DNA from: an uncultured Muribaculaceae bacterium
GTDB lineage: Bacteria; Bacillota_I; Bacilli_A; RF39; UBA660
Assembly: GCA_964473455.1 (NCBI GenBank)
Contig: CAYYQX010000004.1
Span: 27,965-91,964 of the forward strand
Reading direction: 5' to 3'
Length of the DNA stretch: 64,000 nucleotides
Shown: piece after piece, positions 48,666 to 58,755 of the stretch
Numbering within the stretch: position 1 is the first letter of the stretch
Layout of the letters: every line of letters starts with the position of its first letter
Program-made: the position numbers and the translations under genes
The notes under the pieces: model-generated
What the model saw: only the letters and a program-made list of their open reading frames with translations
Databases searched by the model: none
What the model was told of the DNA's origin: nothing

Positions 48666-50798
48666 ATGAAAAAAATATTTGAATTAGAATTTTATGGAAA
48701 ACAAATAATTGTTGAAACAGGCGAACTAGCTAAACAAGCAGATGGAGCTGTATTAGTAAGATACGGAGACACTGTAGTTTTAGCGACGGTTGTTGTAAAA
48801 AAAGAAGCAGATTTACTATCTGACTTTTTCCCACTAATGGTTGTTTATAATGAAAAACTTTATTCAGTAGGTAAAATACCAGGTGGTTTTATTAAGCGAG
48901 AAGGAAGACCAACTGATGCGGCAACTCTTGCTGCTAGAATGATTGATAGACCAATGAGACCGATGTTTAAAGATAACTTTAAGAATGAAGTTCAAATAGT
49001 TAATACTATTTTATCTGTTGATACAGATAACTCACCGGAGCTAACAGCGATGTTAGCGTCTTCTCTTGCAACTTCAATCTCACAAGTTCCATTTGACGGA
49101 CCAATTGCTGGAGTAAAAGTAGGCTATATTAATAAAGAATTCGTCATTAATCCAACTCCAAAACAATTAGAAGAATCATTAATTGATTTGACTGTTGCAG
49201 GAAATATTGATGCCATCAACATGGTTGAAGCAGGAGCTAAAGAAGCAAGCGAAGAAGTAATTTTAAATGCTTTAATGGCAGGACATGAAGCAATTAAACA
49301 ATTAATTGAATTTCAAAAAACAATAACTAAAGAAGTTGGAAAAACTGATATGGAATATGAACTTCTTGAAATGACTGAAAGCTTTAAAAAAGAAATTAGA
49401 GATCTTGTTGAAAAAGATTTAGATCAAGCTTTAAGAATAAAAGAAAAACTTGAAAAATATGAAAAGATTACAAAAATAAAAGAAGATGTAGTTTTAAAAT
49501 ATAGTGCAAGTTATAGTCAAGAAAAAGACAACTGTACACTAGAAGAATTGATTAAAAAAGTAAAACTAGTTTTAGAAGAAATAGAATACGATGTTTTTAG
49601 AAAGATAGTTGTAGTTGAAAAAGTAAGAGCAGATGGTAGAAAAATGACTGAGATAAGACCTCTTTCAACTGCTATTGATCTTCTTCCAAGAACACATGGA
49701 TCAGCCCTATTTACAAGAGGTGAAACCCAAGTTCTCGCAACAACAACACTAGGTGCTTTAGGAGAACATCAAATACTTGATGGGCTTAGTTTAGAAGATG
49801 AAAAAAGATTTATGTTACATTATAACTTCCCGCCATTTTCAGTAGGCGAGACAGGAAGATATGGCGCACCAGGTAGAAGAGAAATAGGTCATGGCTCATT
49901 AGGAGAGAAAGCTCTTCTACAAGTTATGCCAGATGAAGCAACTTTCCCTTATACTGTTAGAGTAGTTTCTGAAGTATTAGAAAGTAATGGTTCATCTAGT
50001 CAAGCAACAATATGCGCAGGTTGTATGAGTTTAATGGCGGCTGGTGTTCCTATTAAAGAAACAGTTGCTGGAATTGCGATGGGACTTATTACTAAAGATG
50101 ACAAATATACCATTTTAACTGATATTCAAGGACTTGAGGATCACTTAGGTGATATGGATTTTAAGGTAGCAGGTACAAGAAATGGAATATGTGCCCTACA
50201 AATGGACATCAAAATAAAAGGGATAACTAAAAAAATCCTTAAAGAAGCTCTTCTTCAAGCAAAAGAAGCTCGTATGGAAATAATTGATGTTATGGAAAAA
50301 GAGATAAAAACACCAAGAAGTGAAGTAAGTAAATATGCTCCAAAAACAGTAACATTTATGATTGATCCAAATAAGATAAAAGAAGTTATTGGAAGAGGCG
50401 GAGAAATGATTACTAAAATCATTTGTGAAGCATCTAATGTTACTTCTGTAACAGATATTAATGCAGTTAAGGTAGATTTAGAAGATGATGGTAGAGTTAT
50501 TATTTATCACACTAATAAAGAAATAATAGAAAAGACTGCTAATATGATAAGAGACATTATAAAAGAAGTAGAGATTGGTAAAGTTTATACAGGTAGAGTT
50601 GTAAAAGTTGAAGACTTTGGTTGTTTTGTAGAACTTTGGCCAGGATGTGAAGGCCTTGTTCATGTCTCACAACTTGCTGAAGAAAGAGTAGAAAAACCAA
50701 GTGATATAGTTAAAGTAAATGATGAAATGATAGTAAAAGCAATAGGATTTGATAAAAGAGGCAAACTTAATTTATCTAGAAAAGAAGCATTGAAATAA
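48666..50798 (+). CDS. pnp: Polyribonucleotide nucleotidyltransferase (PNPase)
   Basis: Two RNase PH domains, KH (GRGGEMITKI) and S1 (VYTGRVVKVEDFGCFVEL) domains. 710 aa. Confidence 0.95.
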   Translation: MKKIFELEFYGKQIIVETGELAKQADGAVLVRYGDTVVLATVVVKKEADLLSDFFPLMVVYNEKLYSVGKIPGGFIKREGRPTDAATLAARMIDRPMRPMFKDNFKNEVQIVNTILSVDTDNSPELTAMLASSLATSISQVPFDGPIAGVKVGYINKEFVINPTPKQLEESLIDLTVAGNIDAINMVEAGAKEASEEVILNALMAGHEAIKQLIEFQKTITKEVGKTDMEYELLEMTESFKKEIRDLVEKDLDQALRIKEKLEKYEKITKIKEDVVLKYSASYSQEKDNCTLEELIKKVKLVLEEIEYDVFRKIVVVEKVRADGRKMTEIRPLSTAIDLLPRTHGSALFTRGETQVLATTTLGALGEHQILDGLSLEDEKRFMLHYNFPPFSVGETGRYGAPGRREIGHGSLGEKALLQVMPDEATFPYTVRVVSEVLESNGSSSQATICAGCMSLMAAGVPIKETVAGIAMGLITKDDKYTILTDIQGLEDHLGDMDFKVAGTRNGICALQMDIKIKGITKKILKEALLQAKEARMEIIDVMEKEIKTPRSEVSKYAPKTVTFMIDPNKIKEVIGRGGEMITKIICEASNVTSVTDINAVKVDLEDDGRVIIYHTNKEIIEKTANMIRDIIKEVEIGKVYTGRVVKVEDFGCFVELWPGCEGLVHVSQLAEERVEKPSDIVKVNDEMIVKAIGFDKRGKLNLSRKEALK

Positions 50799-50887
50799 TA
50801 AAAATAAAAGCAAATATAACTTATTTGTTTTTTATTTACTAATTCACATATAAATGCTATAATTCTTGTAGAAAAGAGGGTATATAT

Positions 50888-52030
50888 ATGGAAAACAAAG
50901 AAGATTTGAAAATAAATAAAAAAAATGTCAATGATTTAGTTAGTACATTAAAAAAAATAGCTAACATTTTCTACATATTAATCATTATATTTGTAATATA
51001 TGGAGGATTAATTTTACTAAAGGAAATAGGTATTCTATCTTTTTTAGGAACAATATTAAAAGTTCTTATGCCACTTTTCATTGGAATTCTTATTGCTTGG
51101 CTATTTAGTCCGACAGTAAAGTTTTTCATGAAGAAAAAACTAAACAGATTCTTTTCTGTCATAATTGTTTATGCCATATTATTAGGAATTATTGGCTTGG
51201 TTTTAGGAATGTTAATACCTACATTATCTGATCAAGTAAAAGACTTTGTAAATATTATTCCAACAGCTTTTGAAACTGTAAAAGGCTGGTTTGATGGTGT
51301 ATTTGATACTTTAAGCAAGATAGATGGATTTGACATTACAGGTGTTAGAGACAACATATTTAAGAGTATAGAAACATATGGTACAAATCTAGTTAGTACA
51401 TTACCTACAACAATATTTACAACAGTATCTTCATTATTGTCGGCTGTTGGTGTGTTCTTATTAGGATTAATTATCGGCTTTTATATTTTAATTAGTTATG
51501 AAAATGTAATAGACGTATTTGAATTTTTACCAAATAAAATTAGAAAAGATGCTAAAAACGTAGTAACTGTTGTCGATAGCTCTTTAAGAAAGTTTTTACG
51601 AGGAATACTAATTGACGCGAGCCTATTGTTTGTTGTTTCTGCTATAGCGTTTTGGCTAGTTGGATTAAAAGCGCCACTTTTATTTGCTTTGTTTTGCGCA
51701 ATTACAAATATTATTCCATTCATTGGACCATATATTGGTGGTGTACCAGCCGTGATTGTCGCCTTTTCACAAAGTACTACCCTTGGAATAGCCGTATTAA
51801 TTACAATAGTTGTAATACAACTTATTGAAAGTAATTTGCTTCAACCAATTATTATGTCTAGATCAACTAAATTGCACCCAGTTACAATAATGATAGGACT
51901 TCTTGTTATGGGATATTTCTTTGGAATATTTGGTATGCTTATTTCAACGCCAGTAATAACAATAATCAAATCTATTTATATGTATTTTAGTGAAAAATAT
52001 AAATTTGACTTTTTAAACTTTATTAAATAA
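50888..52030 (+). CDS. AI-2E family transporter (UPF0118/PerM-like)
   Basis: 380 aa, about 8 TM helices. The architecture, including the ...QLIESNLLQPIIMSRSTKLHPV segment, is typical of PF01594. Confidence 0.7.
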   Translation: MENKEDLKINKKNVNDLVSTLKKIANIFYILIIIFVIYGGLILLKEIGILSFLGTILKVLMPLFIGILIAWLFSPTVKFFMKKKLNRFFSVIIVYAILLGIIGLVLGMLIPTLSDQVKDFVNIIPTAFETVKGWFDGVFDTLSKIDGFDITGVRDNIFKSIETYGTNLVSTLPTTIFTTVSSLLSAVGVFLLGLIIGFYILISYENVIDVFEFLPNKIRKDAKNVVTVVDSSLRKFLRGILIDASLLFVVSAIAFWLVGLKAPLLFALFCAITNIIPFIGPYIGGVPAVIVAFSQSTTLGIAVLITIVVIQLIESNLLQPIIMSRSTKLHPVTIMIGLLVMGYFFGIFGMLISTPVITIIKSIYMYFSEKYKFDFLNFIK

Positions 52031-52046
52031 AAATAAAGGAGTTAAT

Positions 52047-52592
52047 ATGAATTTTGTTAATAAAAAACCGCAAATAATTATATTAACAGGTAAAGCAGGT
52101 AGCGGGAAAAGTAAAACCGCTAGCCTTTTTATAAATGCCTATAAAAATAAAAAAGCTATTAGTTTAGCTTATTCTAGTTATTTAAAATCAATTGCTAAAA
52201 ATGTTTTAGCTTGGGATGGTAACGATAAAACTAAGCCCAGAACTTTTCTCCAAGATCTTGGAAATAAATTAATAAGAAAAATCAATAAAAGTTTTCTTAT
52301 TAACAGAATGATAGAAGACATAAAAGTATATTCATACTTTTATGATGTTATAATTATATCGGATGCGCGATTCGTTGAAGAAATAGAGTCAATTAAAAGT
52401 ATTTATAAAAAAGTTTTAGTCATTAAAATAACTAGAGATAAAAAGAACAATTTAACAGAAAAGCAAAGCAAGGATATAACAGAAACCGCTTTAGACAAGT
52501 ATAAATTATATGATTATATAATTGAAAACAATGGTTCAGTCAAAAAATTAGAAGAAAAAGTAAAACAAATAGTTGGGAATGATAATAAATGA
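52047..52592 (+). CDS. P-loop deoxynucleoside-monophosphate kinase-like protein (phage T4 gp1-like family)
   Basis: IIILTGKAGSGKSKTA Walker A. Overall order of motifs (..ISDARFVEEIE..VLVIKITRD..ITETALD..YIIENNGSVKKLEEKV) parallels T4 dNMP kinase (..PDTRQDHEMD..VIHVVRPG..ITEAGLP..ITNDGSLEELFSKI). Confidence 0.5.
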   Translation: MNFVNKKPQIIILTGKAGSGKSKTASLFINAYKNKKAISLAYSSYLKSIAKNVLAWDGNDKTKPRTFLQDLGNKLIRKINKSFLINRMIEDIKVYSYFYDVIIISDARFVEEIESIKSIYKKVLVIKITRDKKNNLTEKQSKDITETALDKYKLYDYIIENNGSVKKLEEKVKQIVGNDNK

Positions 52593-54340
52593 ATTTAAGA
52601 ACTTTATATATAGATTTTTTTATAAGTAAAAATCACAAACAAATTCCAAGTGCGCCAGTAGTACCAGAGAATGATCCTTCAGTACTATTTAATACGGCAG
52701 GAATGCAACCATTGATCCCTTATTTAATGGGAAAGGCACATCCTTATGGAACAAGGCTTTGTGACTATCAAAAGTGCATTAGAACCACTGATTTAGATGC
52801 GATTGGCGATAAAACGCACCACACTTTTTTTGAGATGTTAGGTAATTGGAGTTTGGGTGATTATTTTAAAGAAGAAAGTATTAATTACAGTTTTGAATTT
52901 TTAACTAAAGTTTTAAAAATTCCTGTTGAAAAATTAGCTGTAACTGTTTTTGATGGAAATAAAGAAGTTCCAAGAGATGATGTTTCCGCTAATGTTTGGA
53001 TGAATTTAGGCATTCCAAAAGAAAGAATAGCGTACCTTGGAGTAGAAGACAATTTTTGGATAGCAGGAGATACTGGCCCATGTGGACCTGACACAGAAAT
53101 ATTTTATTTTAGAAGTAATGATGAAATTCCAAAAGTATATGATCCAAAAGACTCTAGATGGGTTGAGATTTGGAACAATGTTTTTATGGAGTACTATAAA
53201 GATGATAATGGATCTGTAACTCTTTTAGACAAGAAAAATGTTGATACAGGAATGGGTTATGAACGAACAGTGGCTGTTTTAGAAGGTGTTGATGACAATT
53301 ATAAAACCAGTATATGGTTACCAATAATTAAAACAATTGAAGAAGTCTCTAATAAAAGCTACGTTGGTAATGAAATTTCTATGCGTATTATTGCCGATCA
53401 CATTAGGGCTTCTGTATTTATAAGCGCTGATAATTCTGGCATTAAGCCATCTAATACTGATCAAGGTTATATTTTAAGAAGATTAATTAGAAGAAGTATT
53501 AGACATGCTAAAAAGCTAGAAATTGATATTAATAGTAATTGGGAAGAAAAAATTGCTTTAAAGGTAATTGAAGAATATAAAGAATACTATGAAGAACTTA
53601 TTAAAAACAAAGAAATTGTTTTAAAAGTTTTAAGAGAAGAAAAAGAAAAATTTAATAAAACATTAGAAAAAGGATTAAAAGAATTTTTAAAGATAGTTGA
53701 AGATATTTTTGATAATAAATTAAATAAAGATTTAGCTTTTAGACTATATGATACATATGGCTTTCCAATCGAACTAACTGTTGAACTTGCTAGAGAAAAA
53801 GGTATTGAAGTAGATACAGAAGGATTTAAAGAGAAATTTAAAATTCATCAAGAATTATCTAGATCTAATTCAACAGAAAAGTTTAAAGGGGGCTTAGCTT
53901 CAAGCGGAGTAGAAGAAACACAGTATCACACTGTAACGCATCTTTTAAACGCAGCTTTAAAAAAAGTTGTTGGATTAGATGTTCATCAAAGAGGAAGCAA
54001 TATTACAAAAGAAAGATTACGTTTTGACTTTTCTTGTAATCACAAATTAAGTGATGAGGAAATAAAAAAAGTCGAGGAACTAGTTAATAAATGGATAGAT
54101 ATGGCTATTCCAGTCACAATGATTGAAATGAAGAAAGAAGAAGCTATCAAAAGTGGTGCTGAATGTATGTTTATTGAAAAGTACCCTGACATAGTAACAG
54201 TATATTTTATAGGAGATATTTCCAAAGAACTTTGTGGTGGGCCACATGTTGGTAACACAAAAGAATTAGGACATTTTAAAATAATTAAAGAAGAAGCTAG
54301 TAGTGCGGGTGTTAGAAGAATAAAAGCTATTTTAGAATAA
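52589..54340 (+). CDS. alaS: Minimal alanyl-tRNA synthetase (catalytic, tRNA-recognition and editing domains; no C-Ala domain), 583 aa
   Basis: LRTLYIDFF, NDPSVLFNTAGM, FFEMLGNWSLGDYFK, WIAGDTGPCGPDTEIF, DTGMGYERTVAVLEG, ADHIRASVF...GYILRRLIRRSIR and LYDTYGFP, then the editing core HTVTHLLNAAL...CGGPHV. Overlaps the upstream kinase-like gene by 4 nt. Confidence 0.75.
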   Translation: MNLRTLYIDFFISKNHKQIPSAPVVPENDPSVLFNTAGMQPLIPYLMGKAHPYGTRLCDYQKCIRTTDLDAIGDKTHHTFFEMLGNWSLGDYFKEESINYSFEFLTKVLKIPVEKLAVTVFDGNKEVPRDDVSANVWMNLGIPKERIAYLGVEDNFWIAGDTGPCGPDTEIFYFRSNDEIPKVYDPKDSRWVEIWNNVFMEYYKDDNGSVTLLDKKNVDTGMGYERTVAVLEGVDDNYKTSIWLPIIKTIEEVSNKSYVGNEISMRIIADHIRASVFISADNSGIKPSNTDQGYILRRLIRRSIRHAKKLEIDINSNWEEKIALKVIEEYKEYYEELIKNKEIVLKVLREEKEKFNKTLEKGLKEFLKIVEDIFDNKLNKDLAFRLYDTYGFPIELTVELAREKGIEVDTEGFKEKFKIHQELSRSNSTEKFKGGLASSGVEETQYHTVTHLLNAALKKVVGLDVHQRGSNITKERLRFDFSCNHKLSDEEIKKVEELVNKWIDMAIPVTMIEMKKEEAIKSGAECMFIEKYPDIVTVYFIGDISKELCGGPHVGNTKELGHFKIIKEEASSAGVRRIKAILE

Positions 54341-54350
54341 AGAGGAGTTT

Positions 54351-55199
54351 ATGAGAAAGTTTATTGCGAGTATTTTGTCTTTTTCACTATTTTCAGTAAT
54401 GACGGGAGTAATTTTATTTACGGCATTTCAAACTATATTGACAAAAGATACTATTGACGACTATTTAACAAAAGTAGATGTTTTAGAACTAGACATTGGT
54501 TCTATAAGTAACAGTGAAAGCAAAACATTAAAAGAAGTATTGATTGAGTCTATGAGTGGTAACGAAGTTTTAAATGACGCTACAACTGATGTTGTTGAAA
54601 GTGATGAATTTAAGACGGCTGTTAATGATTTTTTTGGTGATGCCTTGGGTTATATTGTTTTAAACGAAGATAAACCTATTTTTGATGTAACAGAAATAAA
54701 AGAAATAGTTTTGGCAGAAGAAAAAGTAAAACAATATACAAGTGTTTTTGGAACTTCAGCCGTTGAAGCAGTAATTGATGATTTTGGAGTTCAAGTAACA
54801 AATATAGTACCCAATAGAAACGAAATAAGTAATATTGATAAAGTAGACGCAGCCTTAAGTTTATTAAATACGGTAAAACCATATTTGTATTTATCTCTTA
54901 TTGGCCTTGCACTTTTAATTATTTTGGTTTTATGGTCAATAAAGAGTGGATTTATAACTGTTGGTGTTATATCTTTAGTTACTGGGGCTATGTTTACTGG
55001 TATAAGTTTGCTTAAGGAACAAATATATAGTTTGGTAAGTGATAAAATAGAAAATGCTAATAATATTGTTAAACCTTTATTTGATATTTTTATGGAAATA
55101 CTACAAAAAACAAGCTTAATATATTTAATAGTAGGAGCAGTATTAATTATTCTTGGAGTGATAATAAGCATATTTTATAAAAGTTCAGTAGAAAATTGA
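54351..55199 (+). CDS. Hypothetical membrane protein (282 aa; N-terminal TM, extracytoplasmic domain, 2 C-terminal TMs)
   Basis: Hydropathy pattern and RBS agaggag. No recognisable domain. Confidence 0.45.
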   Translation: MRKFIASILSFSLFSVMTGVILFTAFQTILTKDTIDDYLTKVDVLELDIGSISNSESKTLKEVLIESMSGNEVLNDATTDVVESDEFKTAVNDFFGDALGYIVLNEDKPIFDVTEIKEIVLAEEKVKQYTSVFGTSAVEAVIDDFGVQVTNIVPNRNEISNIDKVDAALSLLNTVKPYLYLSLIGLALLIILVLWSIKSGFITVGVISLVTGAMFTGISLLKEQIYSLVSDKIENANNIVKPLFDIFMEILQKTSLIYLIVGAVLIILGVIISIFYKSSVEN

Positions 55200-55261
55200 C
55201 AAATCAAATTATAAATATTATAATTAAAACGTAAAAGCAGTGATATAGGACAAGATTATTA

Positions 55262-55431
55262 ATAATTTATTTAATAGAGAGTTAGTGGCAGGTGAAAACT
55301 AACAATAAATTTAATAATTACTACCTATTAGTAAAGTTTAATAAACTTCGGGTAAAACCCGTTATAAATTTAAGAGACCAAAGTAGGATGGTACCGCGTA
55401 ATAACGCTCCTTTTATAGGAGCTTTTTTATT
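55262..55431 (+). promoter_or_regulatory. T-box riboswitch leader (Thr specifier) controlling dut-thrS
   Basis: Stem I AGAGAG (55276-55281) and gguGAAAACUAAc, near-identical to the ileS leader. Specifier region uuACUACCua (ACU/ACC, Thr). T-box AGUAGGAUGGUACCGCG (55382-55398). Terminator gctcc-ttttata-ggagc plus UUUUUUAUU (55406-55430) ends 13 nt before the dut ATG. Confidence 0.8.
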
Positions 55432-55443
55432 GGAAAGGAAAAC

Positions 55444-55929
55444 ATGAGAAGATTTGAAAAAATAAGTTTTGAACAGTTTAAAAAAGATGTAAAAGATGAT
55501 ATAGTTTTATATGAAGAATACAAGTTGCCCAAAAGAGCTACAAAACACAGTTGTGGATATGATTTTTTTAGTTTATATGATTTTACAATCAAACCAGGAG
55601 ATATTTTAAAAATACCAACGGGTGTTAAAATAAGCATGAATGAAGGTGACATGTTCATGATTGTTGTTAGAGGAAGTCAAGGATTTAAATACAACGTTAG
55701 AATGTGTAACCAAGTTGGTATATTTGAAAAAGACTACTACAACAATGAAACTAATGAAGGGCATGCTTGGTTAAGATTACAAAACGAAGGTGATATTGAC
55801 TATGTTGTTAAAAAAGGCGATGCTATATGCCAAGGATTATTTACGATATTTTTGAAAGTTGAAGACGAAGAAGAAATAGAAATTGAAAGAAAGGGTGGAT
55901 TTGGATCCACTGATGGCGAGAAAAAATGA
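55444..55929 (+). CDS. dut: dUTP diphosphatase (trimeric dUTPase family)
   Basis: Motifs ATKHSCGYDF (I), VVRGSQG (II), GIFEKDYY (III), AICQGLF (IV) and ERKGGFGSTD (V). The stop overlaps the thrS start (ATGA). Confidence 0.8.
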   Translation: MRRFEKISFEQFKKDVKDDIVLYEEYKLPKRATKHSCGYDFFSLYDFTIKPGDILKIPTGVKISMNEGDMFMIVVRGSQGFKYNVRMCNQVGIFEKDYYNNETNEGHAWLRLQNEGDIDYVVKKGDAICQGLFTIFLKVEDEEEIEIERKGGFGSTDGEKK

Positions 55930-57653
55930 ATATAAAAGAAAATGAAAAATTAAATCTTCTAAACCACAGTTGTGCGCATTTACTTGCTCATGCTGTTAAG
56001 AATCTTTATCCTAAAGCTATGTTTTGGGTAGGGCCAGTTATTGAAGAAGGTTTTTACTATGATATTGACTTAGGAGATAATGTAATAACAGAAGATGATT
56101 TAGAAATAATCGAAAGAGAAATGAAAAAGATTTCTAAGGATAATAAACTTATTAAACGAATTGAGTTGTCAAAAGAAGAAGCCTTAGAAATGTTTAAAAA
56201 TGATCCATATAAACTAGATTTAATAAGTAAAATGGAAGATAATATTTCAGCTTATAAACAAGATGATTTTATTGATCTTTGTAGAGGACCTCATGTAGAA
56301 AGTACAAAGCTTTTAAAAAACTTCAAATTATTAAAAGTAAGTGGAGCTTATTTTAAGGGGGATTCTAATAACAAAATGCTTCAAAGAATATATGGAATAT
56401 GTTTTGAAACTGAAGAAGACTTAAATAAACATTTAGCGTTTTTAGAAGAAGCTAAAAAAAGAGATCATAAAAAACTAGGCAAAGAATTAGAACTTTTTAT
56501 GATGAGTGAATATGGTCCGGGCTTCCCATTCTTTTTACCAAAAGGAATGATAGTTAGGAATATATTAGAAAAATTTTGGTATGATGAGCATACAAAAGCT
56601 GGATATCAATTTATCAAAACACCAATAATGTTAGATAAGACTTTATGGGAGTTGTCAGGTCACTGGAATAATTATAAAGAAAATATGTATACTAGTGAGA
56701 TTGATGACAAAGTTTTTGCGATTAAGCCAATGAACTGTCCAGGAGGAATGCTAGTATATAAAAATAATCTACACTCATATAAAGAATTTCCTATAAGAGT
56801 TGGTGAATTAGGTTTGGTTCACAGACATGAAGCAAGTGGAGCTTTAAATGGATTATTTAGAGTTAGGGCTTTCACTCAAGATGATGCTCACATTTTTATG
56901 ACGGAAGAACAAATGGAAAGTGAAATCATTGGGCTTTTAAAATTTGTAGATATTATGTATGGAACTTTTGGATTAGAGTATTCTATAGAACTTTCAACAA
57001 GGCCAGAGGAAAAATATATTGGTAGTATTGAAATTTGGGACAAATCTGAAAAAATATTAGGAGAAGCATGTCATAAAGCAGGGAAAGAATTTAAAATAAA
57101 TAAAGGAGACGGAGCCTTTTATGGTCCTAAACTTGATTTACACATTAAAGATTCTTTAGGTAGAATGTGGCAATGTGGAACTATTCAACTTGATATGAAT
57201 TTACCTGAAAGATTTGATTTGACTTATATTGATAATGATGGCAGTAAAAAAAGACCAATTATGCTGCACAGAGTAATATTTGGTTCAATAGAAAGATTTA
57301 TTGGAATATTAATCGAACATTATGCAGGAGCTTTTCCAACTTGGTTAGCGCCTGTTCAAATAAACATTATTCCTGTAAATAACGATTATCATTTATCTTA
57401 TGCAAACGAGATTAAAGAAGCTTTATTGAAAAACAATTTTAGAGTAGAACTATATGATAGAAATGAAAAATTAAGTTATAAAATGAGAGATAGTCAAGTT
57501 AAGAAAATACCTTTTACTTTAATATTGGGAGATAAAGAAGTAAATGATAAAACAGTTAGTTATAGGTGTCTAGGAAACAATGAAACAATCACTTTAAATA
57601 TTAAAGATTTTATCGATATGATTAAGTTTGTTGTTGAGAATAAAGAAAAGTAA
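55926..57653 (+). CDS. thrS: Threonine--tRNA ligase (no N-terminal TGS domain)
   Basis: Begins at the editing domain HSCAHLLAHAV. Class II catalytic core (FRVRAFTQDDAHIF; GLEYSIELSTRPE; HRVIFGSIERFIGILIEH) and anticodon-binding domain. 575 aa. Confidence 0.9.
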   Translation: MNIKENEKLNLLNHSCAHLLAHAVKNLYPKAMFWVGPVIEEGFYYDIDLGDNVITEDDLEIIEREMKKISKDNKLIKRIELSKEEALEMFKNDPYKLDLISKMEDNISAYKQDDFIDLCRGPHVESTKLLKNFKLLKVSGAYFKGDSNNKMLQRIYGICFETEEDLNKHLAFLEEAKKRDHKKLGKELELFMMSEYGPGFPFFLPKGMIVRNILEKFWYDEHTKAGYQFIKTPIMLDKTLWELSGHWNNYKENMYTSEIDDKVFAIKPMNCPGGMLVYKNNLHSYKEFPIRVGELGLVHRHEASGALNGLFRVRAFTQDDAHIFMTEEQMESEIIGLLKFVDIMYGTFGLEYSIELSTRPEEKYIGSIEIWDKSEKILGEACHKAGKEFKINKGDGAFYGPKLDLHIKDSLGRMWQCGTIQLDMNLPERFDLTYIDNDGSKKRPIMLHRVIFGSIERFIGILIEHYAGAFPTWLAPVQINIIPVNNDYHLSYANEIKEALLKNNFRVELYDRNEKLSYKMRDSQVKKIPFTLILGDKEVNDKTVSYRCLGNNETITLNIKDFIDMIKFVVENKEK

Positions 57654-57734
57654 TACTTTTCTTTATTTTAAATATTATCAGTTTTAAATTAACAAAAAAT
57701 ATGCTATAATTTATAAGGAAAGTAGGTAAATTAT

Positions 57735-58145
57735 ATGCGTTGTAAAAGATGCGGTTCAAATATTAGTTTCGATAATGAGATATGTCCTGGATGTGGAAAA
57801 TCTCTTGTTTTACTTAAAGGAGATAATGAAATAGAGTTTGATGATAAAGTAGAAATAAAAGTCGAAAATATAAAGGACGCTACGCCTAAAAACGCTAGTG
57901 TAAATGAAATAGTTGAAGAAAAAGTTGTGGAAGATGTTTTTGGAGAAGCCCTAAAAGAAAGTTCTGGGGAAGTTACTCCTATCCCAAAACTAGAAGGTTT
58001 GAAGCAAGTCTTTGATAAAAAAGAAGATATCGCAGAAGAGAAAAAATCAAAAAACTGGCTAGTCTTAGTACTAATAATAGTAGTAATTGCTATTGGCGCA
58101 ATTGTTTTTATAAAATATGGTCAAACAATACTTGATAAAATATAA
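57735..58145 (+). CDS. Hypothetical zinc-ribbon protein with a C-terminal TM anchor
   Basis: CKRCGS...CPGCGK zinc ribbon at the N-terminus, acidic linker, C-terminal TM WLVLVLIIVVIAIGAIVFI. Confidence 0.5.
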   Translation: MRCKRCGSNISFDNEICPGCGKSLVLLKGDNEIEFDDKVEIKVENIKDATPKNASVNEIVEEKVVEDVFGEALKESSGEVTPIPKLEGLKQVFDKKEDIAEEKKSKNWLVLVLIIVVIAIGAIVFIKYGQTILDKI

Positions 58146-58160
58146 AAAAGAGGTGAAATT

Positions 58161-58700
58161 ATGTATAATTTAGGAAACGTAGAAAATAAAATGAATCAAG
58201 TTTTAGACAATTTAGAATCAAGGTTTTTAAACATTAGAGCAGGAAGAGCAAATCCCGGAATATTAAAAGATGTTGTTGTGTCTTATTATGGAGTAGAAAC
58301 TCCTTTAGTTAGTCTTGCCACAATATCGATTCCTGAAGCAAGACAAATATGTATTAGACCATTTGATAAATCTTGTCTATCAGGCATTGAAAAAGGCATT
58401 TATGAAGCTAATGTTGGATTAACTCCTAATAATAACGGCGAAGTCATTATATTAAATATCCCAGCTCTAACAGAAGAAACAAGAAAAGAATATGTCAAAC
58501 AAGCCAAAGCAATGGTAGAAGAAGCAAGAATTGCTTTAAGAAACGTTAGACAGGATGCAAATAATGATATTAAAAAATCTTTATTGACAGAAGATGAAAA
58601 AAAAGAAGGGGAAGAAAACGTTCAAGAATTAATTAACAAATATAACAAAATGATTGATCTTAGTTTAAAGGAAAAAGAGCACGAATTAATGACAGTTTAA
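58161..58700 (+). CDS. frr: Ribosome recycling factor
   Basis: FLNIRAGRANPGILKDVVVSYYGVETPL...RKEYVKQAKAMVEEARIALRNVRQDAN. Terminator aaagatataa-aat-tatatcttt plus T-run follows. No pyrH upstream. Confidence 0.9.
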   Translation: MYNLGNVENKMNQVLDNLESRFLNIRAGRANPGILKDVVVSYYGVETPLVSLATISIPEARQICIRPFDKSCLSGIEKGIYEANVGLTPNNNGEVIILNIPALTEETRKEYVKQAKAMVEEARIALRNVRQDANNDIKKSLLTEDEKKEGEENVQELINKYNKMIDLSLKEKEHELMTV

Positions 58701-58755
58701 GGAACAAAAGATATAAAATTATATCTTTTTTTATGCTATAATAAAATTGGTGAGA

